A stretch of DNA of 64,000 nt from Lama glama (lineage: Eukaryota): NCBI GenBank assembly GCA_028534125.1, contig CM052816.1, positions 72,294,001 through 72,358,000 of the forward strand, in the 5' to 3' direction. Positions 14,063 through 28,095 of the stretch are shown here, one piece after another. The notes beneath the pieces were generated by a model, which saw only the letters and a list, made by a program, of their open reading frames with translations, did no database searches and was not told the DNA's origin. A program made the translations under genes and the position numbers. Positions within the stretch are counted from its first letter, which is position 1, and the number at the start of each line of letters is the position of its first letter.

Positions 14063-15214
14063 TTTGAACTGAATTTATGTCTTTTAAGGCCATCTCATTT
14101 GGTTCCATTCCTTGAGCGCACTACTTTTTGTTATTTGAGTTTCTGAATATTCTTTTACAGAAACAAAATAGAATTAAGGAAAATACTCCAGACAAAATAT
14201 TGAACAAGTGTTTTAGATGATTAATTATAATTCAGGCCAATAAAGAATATTAAATAGAAACTGGAAATAATACTAAAGGGCTAATGGTATGTCTAATGGT
14301 GTGAAATTAGAATATATGTATAATGTTGATGGAATTTCTCATTAGATGAAAATACAGAGAAAAATGCCATTTTATAGTTCAAGTCCATTTATATGCAAGC
14401 AGAATGTAGCAGTAAAGCTATCTGATGAATATATGTAATATTGAAAGTTAAATATTATAACTTTCAGAAAATAGTTTTGTATTTACTCTCCTTGAAATTG
14501 GTAGTAGATGTAGATTAAGGTACAGATCCTACTCAACAGAGAATAACCAGTTCCTACATATATTGCATACATACATGCATGTACACATCCACAACTATAT
14601 ATATTTAGGACCAGACTGAAAATTTGGGAAATTCAAATTTTAGAAAAAAAAAATTGGCTATTGCTGTCAAATAAACAATAACTCCCCGAACATAGAGATG
14701 CTAACCCAGTCAAATACTAATTCTAATGGAAATATATATAAAGTTGTTGGAATGGCTGAAATTATAAAAGAAAGCAAATTAACTCAAGGAGTTTCTTTAG
14801 TAGCAGACTAGAAAGAGTCTGTCTTCTTTCCTACCTTTCTCTTGATATTACCTGTCTCCCCATCTGTAAACTAGAGTTGATTAGGTAAGTGAAAGTGAAA
14901 GGCAGATGTCTAGAATTTCAGTTCCTTGAGGAGCAATGACATGTGATCTCAAACTACTCCACTGCAAAGATAAATGGCTTGGTTGAAACAGAAAACACAG
15001 GTAGTGTAGGACCACTGATGGGGACAATCAATTGTTTGAAAATACTTCAGAAATTGCAAAATATTGTAGCTTTTAAAATGAGATAAGGGCTAATTAAGAA
15101 AAAAAATCTTTCCTATGTATTTATAGTTATTCTTGATAATACTTCAAAGTAAAAGTTATTATTTAGTTTAAATATGAAACATTTTCTTTATAGTTTCTAA
15201 GGTTTTATTACATT

Positions 15215-15465
15215 ATTTAATCTTCATTATTGAGGTATATTTTGTGTACAGCATTATATAAGCTTCAGGTGTACAACATAATGATTCATAATTTTTAAAG
15301 ATTATATTCCATTTATAGTTATTATAAAATATTGGCTATACTCCATGTGTCATACTACATATCCTTGTAGCTTACTTATTTTATACATAATTCTTTGTAC
15401 CTCTTAATCTCCTATCCTTATCTTGTTCCTCTTCCCTTTTCTCTCCCCACTAGTAACTACTAATC
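15215..15465 (-). mobile_element. L1 3' UTR fragment
   Basis: attgaggtata...ttcaggtgtacaacataatgattca...tatccttgtagcttacttattttatacata, reverse L1 3' end. Confidence 0.75.
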
Positions 15466-17119
15466 TTTCCTGAAAATAAAGTATTTTGTAAAAAAAAAAG
15501 ACAGTATTTTATAAATAGGACATGTAATAACCATAAACAGAAGATAAATTTTAGCTCTGACAACCTGTGAAGAATTTAAATTAGTAGTCATTCAAAATAC
15601 AGTCATCTTCAGTTTTCAAGAAAAAGTTGAAGAAATACATGAAGCTGTGTGTGTGTTCACATGTGTATCCAAAGTGTATTTTTTTAGTACTCACTGTCAT
15701 ATATGTGACATGAATCATATATCAACATATTTAACTCCATCTGTGAGTACCTTTTGAAGGTACCTTAATACGTTTCTTTAGGATCTTTTGACTCATATCT
15801 ATTCAGGAAAATGATTAAATATTGAAATATAAAGTACATTTACTATTTGTACACTATAATCTTTTAAAGACTAATCTAACAAGTAATCTTCATTAATAAA
15901 TGCTGATGTAGGAAAGAATGCATCACCTTTGAAGTCAATACATGTAAACTGTGAGTCCTCATTTGTCACTGTACTGAAAATGACGTAGGAGGAAAGAAAG
16001 GGCAACCCTTAGTTCTTTTATATCTCAGTCCTTCTTACCTCATCAGTAAGTTGAAGGTAGAGAGCAGGTAGAATGGGCATGTATCAAAAAGCAAAATAAA
16101 AACAGCTCAGTTACTTTTCTGCAGCATTTTCACTTGTTTAGTAAGAACCAAATACACATGTATGCGTGAGCTATGAAATATGAACTGTGTACTTTCAGTG
16201 ATTCTGTATTATGAGTTAAATGCCCTTATATTTGCATCAAATCTGGTATTGCACAATATAAAGATGAATGGTAAAAATTCTTTCTAATAATTAAAAACAA
16301 ATTTTTCTTTACCTAGAACACCATTACATAAGAAATAAAGACATGACAAGTCAAGGGAGAGACTACAAAGAAAGGTAAAAAGCTTCATAGTTTAGTACTG
16401 GTAATGGAACTACTTTCTGCTTTTTGAACAAGGGGCCCACATTTACATTCAGCCTTGGGTTCTGTAAATTTTGGAGCTGTCTCTGCCCAGTTTACTGAGG
16501 CCCTGGGGAGGACACAACAATGGCATAGAGGTCAGTGACTCTGTCTTGGTGCTGCAGGAGATACTTTGACCATCCTTCCTGGTTCCACCATTGTGGCAAA
16601 TCTCTCTAGATTCTCTTTGCCAGTTTGCTGGGGCCAACTCACTCAGACTCACACCATTGAACTGGCCTGCCTGCTTACTTGTTTCGCCAACTATGGGGTC
16701 AGTAATTTCAAAAAGGTTTTTTCACAGCTTTACCAAGACAATAAAGATCTTTTCTCTTGCCTAAGGAGCCTGGCTGAGCTACAAACAGATGAAGAATGTA
16801 ATTCATCTCCTCAACGTTCTGACGATACTGAGAACCTGCAGTTCTTGCTCTGCACCTGGCTATTCCATGCACCTCACGATTTGAATGAACTTGCTAGTTA
16901 CTTTTCAGGCTGTCTCTGTGCCAGTGGCTTTGCTGATAGATCTGTCTGTCCACTTTATTTCCGATCCATGCAGAAGCTCATTATAGAAGCCATGAACTGA
17001 GACCTATGGTGTTTAGAGCCTGGCAAAGAAAGCTGAGAAACTGAAATAGACTCTACTTTCTCACCCAGACTTCTAAGACCAAGCCTAATCCATTTACATA
17101 TTGTCTCAAATGCATCTCA

Positions 17120-19000
17120 TCCCACTTTTATTCAAGTGGAGTCTTTATCTTTTGTAGATTTACTGATACTCTTTTAATATTAAGGATATTAATACTTTGT
17201 AGATGATACACTGTACATATTTTCTCCCAACTTCTATTTTGTTTTTATTTTGTGGTGTCTTTCATCATGTATAAATTTTCTTTTAAATTCCATGTAGTTA
17301 AAATTTTGTGATTTATTTTATTCTTACTTTAATTGGAATTCCTATAGTCTTTTGCTGTTAAATATATTTTTGGCTGCTGATAGATACCTATAATCATGCA
17401 AAGAAAGGTTCTTTCTATTTCTAGCTTACTAAATGATTTTTTGGTTGTTATTTCTTTAATAAACAAATGGATGTTGAATTTTTATCAAATTCTTTTTGAG
17501 CGTGTATAGAGATAACTGTGTGTTTTCTAAATAAAAACAGTAAATTACATGAGTAGATTTCCTAATGTGGAAGTATTCTTGTATTTCAAAATATAACCCA
17601 TTTGACCTAGTGGTGTTATTGCTAAATCTACAGTCAATGTTTACATTAGTAGGCATATGTAAGTATATTTCACAGCTGATAATTTTAACGTATTATGAAT
17701 TTTTTTTTTGTTTTCCCTCCTCCTTTTGTTTTTTTCTTGTGTGTGTGTGTGTGTGTGTGTGTATCTATTGTTATTTCCCTCCACCATTTATCAGTAGTAG
17801 CCTTTAAATACAATTTTCAATAAGGTGATTTACATTATGTAAATTTAGACATTTCAATTATTTTCCTGGAAACAACCCTCCTGGAGACCTTTTTCCTTGT
17901 CTGAGCTGGTTGCACTCTGGGCTTGAAGCATAATGGTCATTCTAGGATGACCCTTTTCCTTCATACTTTAAATTCTTTCTCCTTTGTCTGGCTGGGACCT
18001 ATTGCTTATGGCTCCCACCTTCTTCTTGATTTCTCGCAGAGGCATGGGGATGAGAGCCCTCAACAAGCCACACTGCTCCAGTCTGCACTGACTGTGCCCT
18101 GTGCTTATGCCCGTTTATCACCCCAGGCTCTCCCTTCAGTGTCATCCTGATGATTTCTGTTCCTGTATTTCCCCCTTTAATTTGATTTACTCTCTTGATT
18201 TTGGGGAGGACTTCCTTGCTGAGAAAAATTATGCACAGGAGATGCATTTTTTGAGACAGTTAATACTTCAACATGTTTTCATTTTATTCTCATATTTGAT
18301 TGACATTTCAAAAGGGCCTAGAATTCTAGGTTGGAAACATTTTCCTTTAGAATTTTGGAGGCATTTTTCTTCTGCTAAGAGTGCCAAAGCCGTGCTATTT
18401 TCTGGCCAGTTCCATATCCCTGCCCCCTTCTTTGGAGCCACTAAGATTCTCTCCTTGTCCACAGTGTTCTGAAATGGAAGATTTTCTCCTGGTCCACAGT
18501 GTTCTGAAATGGAAGATTTTCTCCTGGTCCACAGTGTTCTGAAATGGAAGATTTTCTCCTGGTCCACAGTGTTCTGAAATTGCACAGTGATGTGCTTTGA
18601 TGTGGGTCTATTTTCACTCATTTGACTAGGAACATGGTGGAACCCTTCAGGCTGCACTTCCTTCAGTTTTAAGTTTTGAATTATTTCATTGTTGATATCC
18701 TCCCTTTTGTTTTCTGTTCTATCTTCTATTATTCAGGTGTTGGGTCTCCTGGACTAATTGTTTAATATTATCTTTTTTCTCTTCTTACAGCCATCGCTGT
18801 CCTCATGCTCCACTTTCTGTGAGATTTTTCTTAACTTTATTTTCCAAAACTTCTTTCCTTTCTTCCATCACATTTTAAAATCTGATGTTTTTTTTTCTTT
18901 CCTAGATGTTCCTTTACATAATAATAACATGTTCTTTTTTTATAGATGTAATATCATGTCTTAATGAGGGTTTTTATGATAATTTTCTAGTGAAATTTTT
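17120..19000 (-). mobile_element. Ancient L1/HAL1 fragments including an ORF1 C-terminal fossil (about 18240-18660)
   Basis: Minus-strand ORF 18268..18657 contains L1 ORF1-like RPTSKHITVQFQNTVDQEKI and KCFQPRILGPFEMSIKYENKMKT. Confidence 0.75.
18443..18580. repeat. 35-bp minisatellite, about 3.9 copies (gtccacagtgttctgaaatggaagattttctcctg)
   Basis: acagtgttctgaaat recurs at 18461, 18496, 18531 and 18566. Confidence 0.97.
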
Positions 19001-19545
19001 TCTCTCTGTATGTTTTTTACTCATAAGTCATGTTTCTTCTGTTTTGGCTTCTCTTTCTATACTAGATCTTGCCCTTGGGTGTTTGGAATTCTTTAATTAT
19101 TAATTGTTGTTTAAGATTATGAGGATTAAAAGTTTATTTTAATCACTTTGAGCATGTGTGTGGGACATTTTTGACTTTAAACTTCACTTGACAGTTATGT
19201 TAAATATTATGTTTTTGGGGCTCCTTGGGCTGGTCATATACACTTAAAAATACTCTTTCAATCTTCTATCTGTAGAGTAAAGGTAATGGCCCATTAGTAA
19301 AGCATTCTTAGCACTGAGGATTCAGTTGTGTGTTAGAGTAGGCAGGTAGCTAGATATGAGCAGAGAAAGAGGGGCATGGGCCAAATGGCAGAATACCGTA
19401 CACCTTGTGAATAATGGGGGTCCTTGGGCAGAAAGAGAAAAGCAGGAACCTCCGGACTGATAAGAAAGCACACATTTTGGGGTGATAATTGTCCTGGAGG
19501 CAGACAAAGAAAGGTGGGAAAAGGTAGGGATCTCCAGCATCCAAA

Positions 19546-19937
19546 TGTAACCTTTCGCTCATTATGCCCTCCTTACAATAAACTTAGCCTTGTGAATTAG
19601 AAGAACCCATCATGCAACAAAGCCATGACATTTTGGGTCCAGACTACATAAGGACAAAATCCCCTCCTCCCCTTGGGAAGATGGAGCTGGAATGGAAATC
19701 AGGGAATATGACCCCAAACCCCTCCCTCTCCAATGAATATTCTGCCCTTTCATTTTTATACTCTATGTAACCAGCTTGCCAAGGAAACTCAGCACAGCTG
19801 CCCACCTGAGCCTGCCCACTCTCTCCTTGAGAGTGTACTATCTGTCGCTTAATAAATCCTCACTTTACTTTCTTGACCTCCGTGTCTCATCTCTGAATTT
19901 TTTCTGCGACGAGACAAAAATTTAATCACCAGTAACA
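19546..19937 (+). mobile_element. Probable ERV1-type LTR
   Basis: TGTAAC...GTAACA ends, AATAAA near 19851 followed by U5-like ctgaatttttt...gacgagacaa. No matching TSD, so boundaries uncertain. Confidence 0.6.
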
Positions 19938-19984
19938 TCTTTGCTGACACTGATCCTCCTATTTCCAGTAAAGTATTATGTGGC

Positions 19985-20125
19985 CAACTATATGAGGGCA
20001 GAACCAATTTGTACAGTCACATTGAGCCCTAGAAGGACCCCACATCTGATTTAATTGTCTACTGTGTTCATCTTGAAATTAGTAATTTTTGAACAACGGA
20101 CCCCATAAATTATGTACATGGTTCT
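19985..20125 (+). mobile_element. MER91-like hAT fragment (a second piece at about 16415-16490)
   Basis: catcttgaaatt...tttttgaacaacggaccccataaattatgta motif. Confidence 0.55.
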
Positions 20126-20713
20126 GAGCATCCATGTCTTAAACCTGCAGATCCAAGGCCAAAGTTTTATCCTCTCCAGTTGTCTCTGAGGGTGGGAAGA
20201 GGGGCATTTGCCCAATAACGTACAATTCAAGTGGGTATCTAGGGATCTAACTGTTTCTAAATCAGACTTCACAGAGTTCTCTAAATTCCTTTCATCCTCC
20301 TTCCCTCTCTTTCAAAAACTAGCTGTGCCTAAATCTAGCTTTCCATGGGTATCAAGGCCACAGCCTGCTGGCAGCTGACTTTTCTCTGCAACTTTGTTAT
20401 GTAGCTAGCCACCCAAATCCAGGATGCCTGTTGATAAGCCATCTTTTATTCTCCCACCAAAAAGGTTGCTTTTTACCACCAACAGAGGGGTAGAATCCTT
20501 CCCCTGAATGCTAACCCTACATTGTACGTACAGTGTAGCACCCTGGCCCTGGGATACCTCTCTGTGTGATAAGGAGAGGTATTGAGGACCTGTGCCTTTC
20601 TTTCCAGTGATCACATGCCTTATGTTTTGCCAGTAAAATCAATTGCTTGACCCATTAGAGTGACTTGGTAGCAGCTCCAACAAGGCACAGCTCCAAATGG
20701 ATGCATTCTGCAC

Positions 20714-21282
20714 TGTGGAAAAGCAAAATTTGCCACCCCAAAAATGTGTCTCTTCAGAATGAGGATTAATTTAGGCTGGTTATTTTTAAGAATCAGAAGA
20801 CTCAGAATTCTTTCTTTTTACCTCCCCCTTAACTGCCTAACAGAATTTATATAAAGGGCCTGTTCCCAAAATAGAGCTAACACTAAAGATATCTGCAAAG
20901 AATATGGGCTAGCTGTGACCGGCATACTCAGCAAGGCCTTGAGGTCAGAGTCCACTCTGTCGCCCAATGTGTCTGCTTGGCCCAGCAAACATTTATTTAC
21001 CAAACATTAGCTTTTCCATTTCCATGTCAATTGCCTTCCTTCCCTTTGAAGCCCCTAACCACTACCCTCAACACCCTCTTTTGTCTTTATCTGAAGATAG
21101 GATTAAAGGGGAGGCTTTGGGCCATTTTGGCTGCTTACTTAGTTTTCCTGGATCTCTCCCATGTATACATGTTATTAAACTTTTGTTTTATTTTCTCCTT
21201 TCTCCTGTTAATCTATCTCAAGTCAAATCAAGTCTTAGACCAGCCAGAAGAAGGGCAGAGAGAAAATTTTTACTCCCTGACA
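20714..21282 (+). mobile_element. Full-length ERV1 solo LTR, MER34/MER39-like
   Basis: TG...CA ends, tttgccaccccaaaa 5' motif, TATA-like tttatataaa, ATTAAA, 4-bp flanks gcac/gcag. Confidence 0.8.
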
Positions 21283-21770
21283 GCAGTATGTATATATATA
21301 TATATATTTTTCACTATATATATAGTGAAATCTATAATAATGAAAATAACACTAAAAACAACAAACATTCACATATTTTGTTTTATTGTTTACTTTCTTC
21401 TTTACAACATTGGCAGATATGTATTATTTCCCTATTTTTTAGGAAGATGAACTCAATTTACAAAAAAGATTAAATGGTAGTGTTCAGTCTCAGAACTGCT
21501 GCTTCCAAGTGTCCTCTTAACCAGTGTGAACATGCAAGGCTGTCTCATCCACAGGCGGAGGATTCTCTCTCTTTTTTTTTTATATAGCAGCTCCATTTTT
21601 GCTAATTTTCTTTACTGGGGAAAGCTAATCCTCCTGCCTTTCCCTCTTGGTCAAGAGTTCCTTGACAAATAATACCTAAGTTTATTAACTAAACACTTTC
21701 CTTAGCAACCATTAATCTTCTAGAATGAAGACAAAGCTGCTTTGTAACAGAACCCAAACCAGGGTTACGA

Positions 21771-21771
21771 T

Positions 21772-21822
<51 letters not shown>

Positions 21823-21824
21823 TT
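21771..21824. repeat. (ATTT)n tetranucleotide microsatellite, about 13 units
   Basis: Directly visible. Confidence 0.95.
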
Positions 21825-22755
21825 ATGCCCGATCTTCAAAAAGACATTTATAGAGCACCTGATGGGTTGTAAAAGCTAAGATACAGTATATTTTCTCTGC
21901 AACAGTTTAGTGAAAGAGAAATGAAGACACCGCTACAAATAGCCAAATATCTAGTTGTTGAGATCAATGAGTTTTATTAACTTGTTTTAAAAAATTTAGT
22001 TTAAAAAATTTTCAACAAAACAGTTAAAATATTATGGGAAATAATATACTGGCTCTATTCTGAGATAAAACTTTCTGCATAAAGTCAAACATTTAGATAA
22101 AAATGGAGACTTTTAAGTCACTTATAATGGAAAATGTCCTCCCTTGCCATCTCCTCCTCACCCTTCACTCACATTATAAAGGCTGAAATAAAATCTTATG
22201 GATCAGGCTTTGACATCTTTGATTTTGCCTTTTGTAAATTGCTTTATCTCTAAAATATGAATATGAACTGGATCTCCTGAGAATCAGTCTAGCTACACAA
22301 TCTTTACTTCCATCAGGCTAAATATTCCGATTATTGGACATACTCAGATTATTTAATTTTCCTTTCTCATTCATGTTTTTGGTTAGCCTTTCTATATTTT
22401 TAATTAGGCATTGTCACTTTTTTGAGCTAGCTTGAAATATGAGAAACAGGAATATTAAACAAATCACAAATGAATAATTCATTTAAATGATTGGATTGCT
22501 TTATTACCCCAACTGTAGAAACAATATGAAATTTTAAAACAAAAGATGGTTGAATATGACATGAAGATGAGTCATAATTATTAACTTAAGTTTATAAATG
22601 CATCAAAAATTCAAACATAAAAAGAGAAAGCAAAAGTACTAGAAGAAAACATAGGTACTTTTATATTTTTCTTAAAACAATGGAGGCTTTTCTAGGTATG
22701 CAAAAAGCAGAAGCCATTTTTTTTTAAGTCTTCTGACATGTTTAAGCCATATTTT

Positions 22756-22874
22756 TGTTGGGGGTTGGGTAATTAGGTTTATTTATTTATTTTTTAATGG
22801 AGATACTGGGATTCGAACCCAGGACCTTGTGCAGGCTAGGCCTGCACTCTACCACTGAGCTATACTCTCCCTCC
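22756..22874 (-). mobile_element. tRNA-Ala-derived camelid SINE (vic-1-like)
   Basis: Same consensus (actctaccactgagctata, gaacccaggacc, ggtaattaggtttattta), aagccat on both flanks. Confidence 0.88.
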
Positions 22875-23004
22875 AAAGCCATCTTTCCTGAAAGACTGGT
22901 TAACCTGACTATCTAATACATAATTTTTGGTGATACTGTCATAAGACAAAATGTATACTGGGAAAAGTTATCACCAAAAACTAAATAGATAGTGACAGGT
23001 GGCC

Positions 23005-23307
23005 CAAGCAGGTTTGGTTTCTCCTGGGGCCACTCTCCTTGACCTGTAGATGGCCACCTTTTCCCTGTGTCCTCAGCTGGCCTCACCTGTGCACATATTT
23101 GGTGTCTCTTCCTCTTCTTATAAGGATGCCATATTAGATTAGTTCCAAGATTAGTTATATTGGATTCTAGGCCCACCCATAGGACCTCATTTAACCTTAA
23201 TTACCTTTTGTACAGGCCTATATCCAAAGACACTCACATTCTAGAGTACTGGGGTGTTTAGAGCTTCAACATATGAATTTTGGGGAAACACAACTCAGTC
23301 CATTGTA
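23005..23307 (-). mobile_element. MaLR LTR (MLT1A/B-like) fragment
   Basis: gacctcatttaaccttaattacc...cacattct...ttcaacatatgaattttgggg. Confidence 0.8.
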
Positions 23308-26300
23308 CCTTTGATCTGGCAAAGGCATTCTTTTCCCTCCTTATCAACTGACTTCGGGTGTCAAGTAATAACAGGGTGTCAGGATTCTGTCTCTGACTCT
23401 TCACCTTTATGTTGGGATGCCCAGAGTTGCATCAGTCACAGTGCTGGGTGGGTCCCACAGCAGAAAGTCTGTATACCTTCAAGCCATTTCTAAACTGGGT
23501 GGCTGGCAATAACTTGTGTCTCTACCAAAGGGACTAAAACACAAAACTATATTAGAATAAATCTCTACCAAATATATCCTTAATTCAACTTCCTCTTAGC
23601 AGGATCCCCAAAACATTCACAGCATACTATCTGACACGTGGGAAAGTATGACACAGGAGAAGCTGGAGTAGAAATAAATGGTCATATTAAGTAGTTCCAG
23701 TTAAAATAGCTTACTTTAGCAAATTTTACCAAAAAAACCCAAAAACCATATGGAAAATGAACATATTACTAATCCGTGTCCCAGGACCTTAGAATGAATC
23801 TGTACAAGTCATTAATCCGACTTCCCATTCTAACAAGATCTGTCTCTTTCTGGGTTTGGATGGAGTGTCTGCTTTTGAAATGAGTAGAAAGTATATTAAG
23901 TTGAAGGAGTATTTGCTTTTGTTTCAATGATTAAGTATGAAGAAGGATTGCTTGTCAGTAGTAGATAGGACTGGAGTGGATATTTGATATATTCAGGACT
24001 TCTTATCATATTTTAAAACCCTTCTATATTTGGGGAAATTTTTGCATTATGAATCCTGCCTCCCCTCACTGAGGTCAGAACTCAAAAACCAGCCTCTCTT
24101 GCAGCTAGCACTAAGGCATGTGCCCCAGCCTTCGACACACCCAGGTGAGTGAGGCAGATGCAGAGACAAGCAGGGCAGCACTCCTGTTTATGCAGGGCAG
24201 TGTTCCCATTTGGTTGGTGTAGGTGGCAGCAGAAGTTGCAAGGGCAGGTTCCTGATGCATAGATAGCATCGGTGATGAAGGCAGTAGTGGGTGTGGGGTA
24301 TTGAGTCCCTGGCATTCCATGTTGGCTGTAGGAGGCATCGGTGATACCCAGACTAGTATCCTGCATGGTTTTTGGTGTTCCTGGAAGTTTATTCTTGAGA
24401 CTGTTTCTTCAACAATCCCAAGTAGTATCTCATAAACTTTAAGAGATTATTTTTCTGGTTAAACTAGCCAGACTGGATTCTGTTGTTTGCAATGTTTGCA
24501 CATTACATTTTAACATATAAAAAATGCTCACCCTGACTTATAACAAAAGAAATACAAATTAAATTGTAAATGCATGCTGCCATTTTTCAACTGTCAGATT
24601 GGCAAAGATCAAGGATTTGATTTGTTGGCATTAATACAGGGAAACAGGCCCTTTCATTGTTGGTAAGAATGTAAACTAATATAATTTTGAAGCAAGACAA
24701 CAGTACAATATCTATCAAAGTTTAAAACACAAATACCTTTTGATGGAGAAATATTATTTCCATGATTATATTCTACATATATAATCCTGTATGAACCACT
24801 GAAGAAATGTACAATGATATTAATTTTTAAGCTGCTTATAAATGGAGGTATTAAAACAATATAAATGCAGTCAAATGAGACCTGGTAAATATATGGTTGC
24901 AAATGCACAGAATGGAATAATATTTAGCTAGCTGTTTAAAGGGGAAAGCTTTATATGGAAAAAACAGATGTATTGTTAAAGTAGAAAAGCTGGGTGCAGG
25001 ACAGTGGGCCCAGAATACCACCATCTGTGTGAAAAGGCATAGGCATGCAGAAATGTACTGCACAGATTTGGAATGTCCCTGAAGAAGGCAGCACAAAAGA
25101 CTGACATCCATGGGGAAGGAGTCTGGGTGAGGGACATGCAAGGAGATGGTTACTTTTCAGAGAATATTTGTAGATTTTTGAGTTTCATTCTTTAATTCAT
25201 CTCTATGACAACTGTGAGCTACAACAACTGTGGCACACAGGACACAAAGGTAAACCAGACACTGCTTCAGCATTTGGGAGCTGAATGACACAAACAAACA
25301 GATGATTATAGCACAATGCGTTAAGAGCTGAGAAAAAGATTCCAGGATGCTGTGGGAGCCAGAGAAGAAGCTCCTGAAATGGGACAAAGAGAATTTTCCG
25401 CAGAAGAAGGTATACAGAAACTGAGGTGAGAATTAGTCAGCAGAGTATAGGCAGAGTTATTCCAAGCATTAAAAAGAGAAAAAAGGAAAGAAAAAAAAGA
25501 GAAAAGAATCAGAGATAGAGCCGCAAGGCACATAAAATAGCCAGCTTTGGGGGAATTCCAAGTACTTAAGGATGAATATAGTTTGCGTGGGGGAGGATGT
25601 TGAAAGGTAAGTTAAAGAGTTATTTAAGACCCTTACATATTGGATATTATTCTTACAACAAAGGTAAGTCATTAAAGCTAGGTGGAAAGAGAATCCTGTG
25701 TGCAGACAGAATGGGAGTTCCAAGGCACAGTGTAAGGCTTTTCATTTAAACCAGGGAAGTCCTGTAACATACAGGAATGCATTCAGCTGCCATTGACCAC
25801 AATCCAAACAACACTGCCATAGTCAATAGCTATTATTATTATTTTACACAGGTCTGGAGGAAGGCATCTCTGGGTCAGTGCAGCAGCTCAGTAATGGCAC
25901 CAAGGACACGGGTTTCTTTTTTCTCTCTTCTCTGCTGTTCTTGGAAAAGTTGACGGATCACGATATGATTGAAGAGTTGCCACTGTTGATACTGGCATCA
26001 TGCTTATATTCAAAGCAGGAAGAAGGAGGCAAAGGGATGGGGCAAAAAGATTTCTCTATTTAAGGCTTTTTCCCTCTGATGAGGGAAATTGTCCACAGCA
26101 GATTCACTCTTATATTTCATTAGTATCCCCCTTAGACACACCACTGCTAAGGGGAATGAGATTATACTCACTGGTTCAGATCAATTATGATTTATCCCCT
26201 GGGGTGTATAGAGGACTTCCATCCCTGAGGTCAAAAGATCTCCATACATAGCTTAAATAATTTAGAGTTTTATATATATGTTGTGTGTGTAAATATATAC

Positions 26301-26573
26301 ACATATATACATGTATGTGTTTGTGTGTATATATATATTTTTTTTTCTTTCTTCCTAGAGAAGTAGAGCAAATGACTGTCAGATGGACATAGGTCCCAGT
26401 TGAGAAATGATACCACCTTCTGAGTAGCTCTGGAACTTTATCATCCATTCTTCTTAATATTCAAAGAGGACTAAAGTAGTTTCTGTTTTCTTCCATATCC
26501 ACTCCTGAACCTGTTCAAATATAAAATCCTTTTCTTACAATGAAAACAGAATCACATCTGATGGACTCTGATG

Positions 26574-27075
26574 TGTATTAGTTTTCTATTGCTGCATAAC
26601 AAATTACTACCAATCTAGTGGTTTAACACAAATTTATGATCTCAGTTTCCATGGGTCAGAAGTCTAGGCATAGTTAATTGTACCCTCAGCTCAGGGTCTC
26701 ACCAGGCTGCAGTCAGAATTGACTGGGGCTGTGATCTCATTTGAGGTTTGGGGCTTCTTCCAAGTTCACTGGTTGTTGGCTGAATTGAAGTCCTTGGGGT
26801 TGTAGGCTGACACACTCAGCTCCTGGGGGCTTCCTGTCTCCATTGGCAGTTAGCTCACAGTGTGGCTGTTCGCTTCTTCCAGACAAGCATGAGGGTATCT
26901 GCCTCACTAGGAATGTCTCCCTTCAGCCTGCTAAAATAGAGTCTTATCAACTGTAACCTAATCCATTTAGTAGTGATAACCCCATTACATTCACTAACCT
27001 GCCCCCATTCCAGGGTCACCCCATGGGACTAGGGGTCAGGAATCTCGGGGTCCACAGCAGAATTTTGCCTACCAT
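26574..27075 (-). mobile_element. MaLR LTR (MLT1-type)
   Basis: tgtattagttttctattgctgcataacaaattac start, gaattttgcctaccata end. Confidence 0.8.
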
Positions 27076-27659
27076 ATCTCATGACTTGTATTTATATATT
27101 TGTTTATTTTCTACTAATAGGCAGCAGCAAATTCCCACCGTTATTTTTAGTACTTTATACATTACTGTTTGATACAATGTTTTTCTTCAAAATTTTTTTT
27201 TAAAATTCAATACTATTTTCAGTAAGAAGTAACCCACTCCACATTCCCACTCTCATTTTCACACTTTCTCAGGATCTTGTCACACACTTTTCACTCAATG
27301 ACAGCTTAAGAAAAAGAGTAAAGATTTTATAGCATTATTTTACAAACACGAATTTTAGGAACAAAAGGAATGTTTTGTCTATACTGATTCTCTAGCAAGT
27401 AAAACACAGAATACACTAAAAGCACTATTTTTTAAAGACATAGCAGGAACTATAAAGACTTATAGAACTATTTTCAGGTACTGAAAAGAGTTGTATTGTA
27501 GATGGGAAAGAAGATAGAATCATATAACAAGTTGAATACCAATAAAATATTTAAATTGAGATTGAAACCAACAATAAAGGTCAAGTCACAGGCTGTAAAT
27601 TATTAATTGTTAAATGAATCCTAGGGACAGTATGAGTTGAGAGGAGAGTGTTTGGATAA

Positions 27660-28095
27660 TTTATTGTGGTGACACAAGCTTTCCTTAACTTTGGTGGCTT
27701 AAAACAACGGTGTTCTTATACCTCACAATTGTATGAGCCAGGAGTTCAGGTAGGGCCCAGCTGGGCAATTTTTCTTTTTTAAGGAGCATCACATGGTACT
27801 CAGTTGGCCTTGTCAGAAGCTACAAGATCTAGCACCTTATTGCCCTCCAGCCCCTCTCCTTCCACATGACACCTCATCTTTCCAGGTCCTCCATGTGGTG
27901 TGGGCTTCTCACAGGATGGTGATCTCAAGGTAGTCATACTTCATTCTTGGTAACTGTCTTGTAAGAACAAGGAGGAAGGAAGTGGACTCTTTTGTGGTCT
28001 GGCTCCGGAAACTCACAGTGTTACTTCATCAATGTTCAATATGTAAACAGGAGTCACAGAGACCACCCAGCTTGAAGAGAGGAAATACAGGACCT
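27660..28095 (-). mobile_element. MaLR LTR (old MLT1-type)
   Basis: tggcttaaaacaac...ctcacaattgtatgagccaggagttcagg...gggcttctcacaggatggt. Confidence 0.65.

Noticed and set aside
16566..17000. 144-aa + strand ORF
   Set aside because: Non-ATG start and no similarity I recognise on either strand. A BLASTX/Dfam search would be needed to exclude a pseudogene or old LTR
18443..18580. Regular direct repeats as a CRISPR-like array
   Set aside because: Head-to-tail units with no unique spacers, eukaryotic context, no cas genes
20967..21473. Overlapping 168-aa and 157-aa ORFs
   Set aside because: Lie in an LTR and a (TA)n tract, hydrophobic chance ORFs of T-rich DNA
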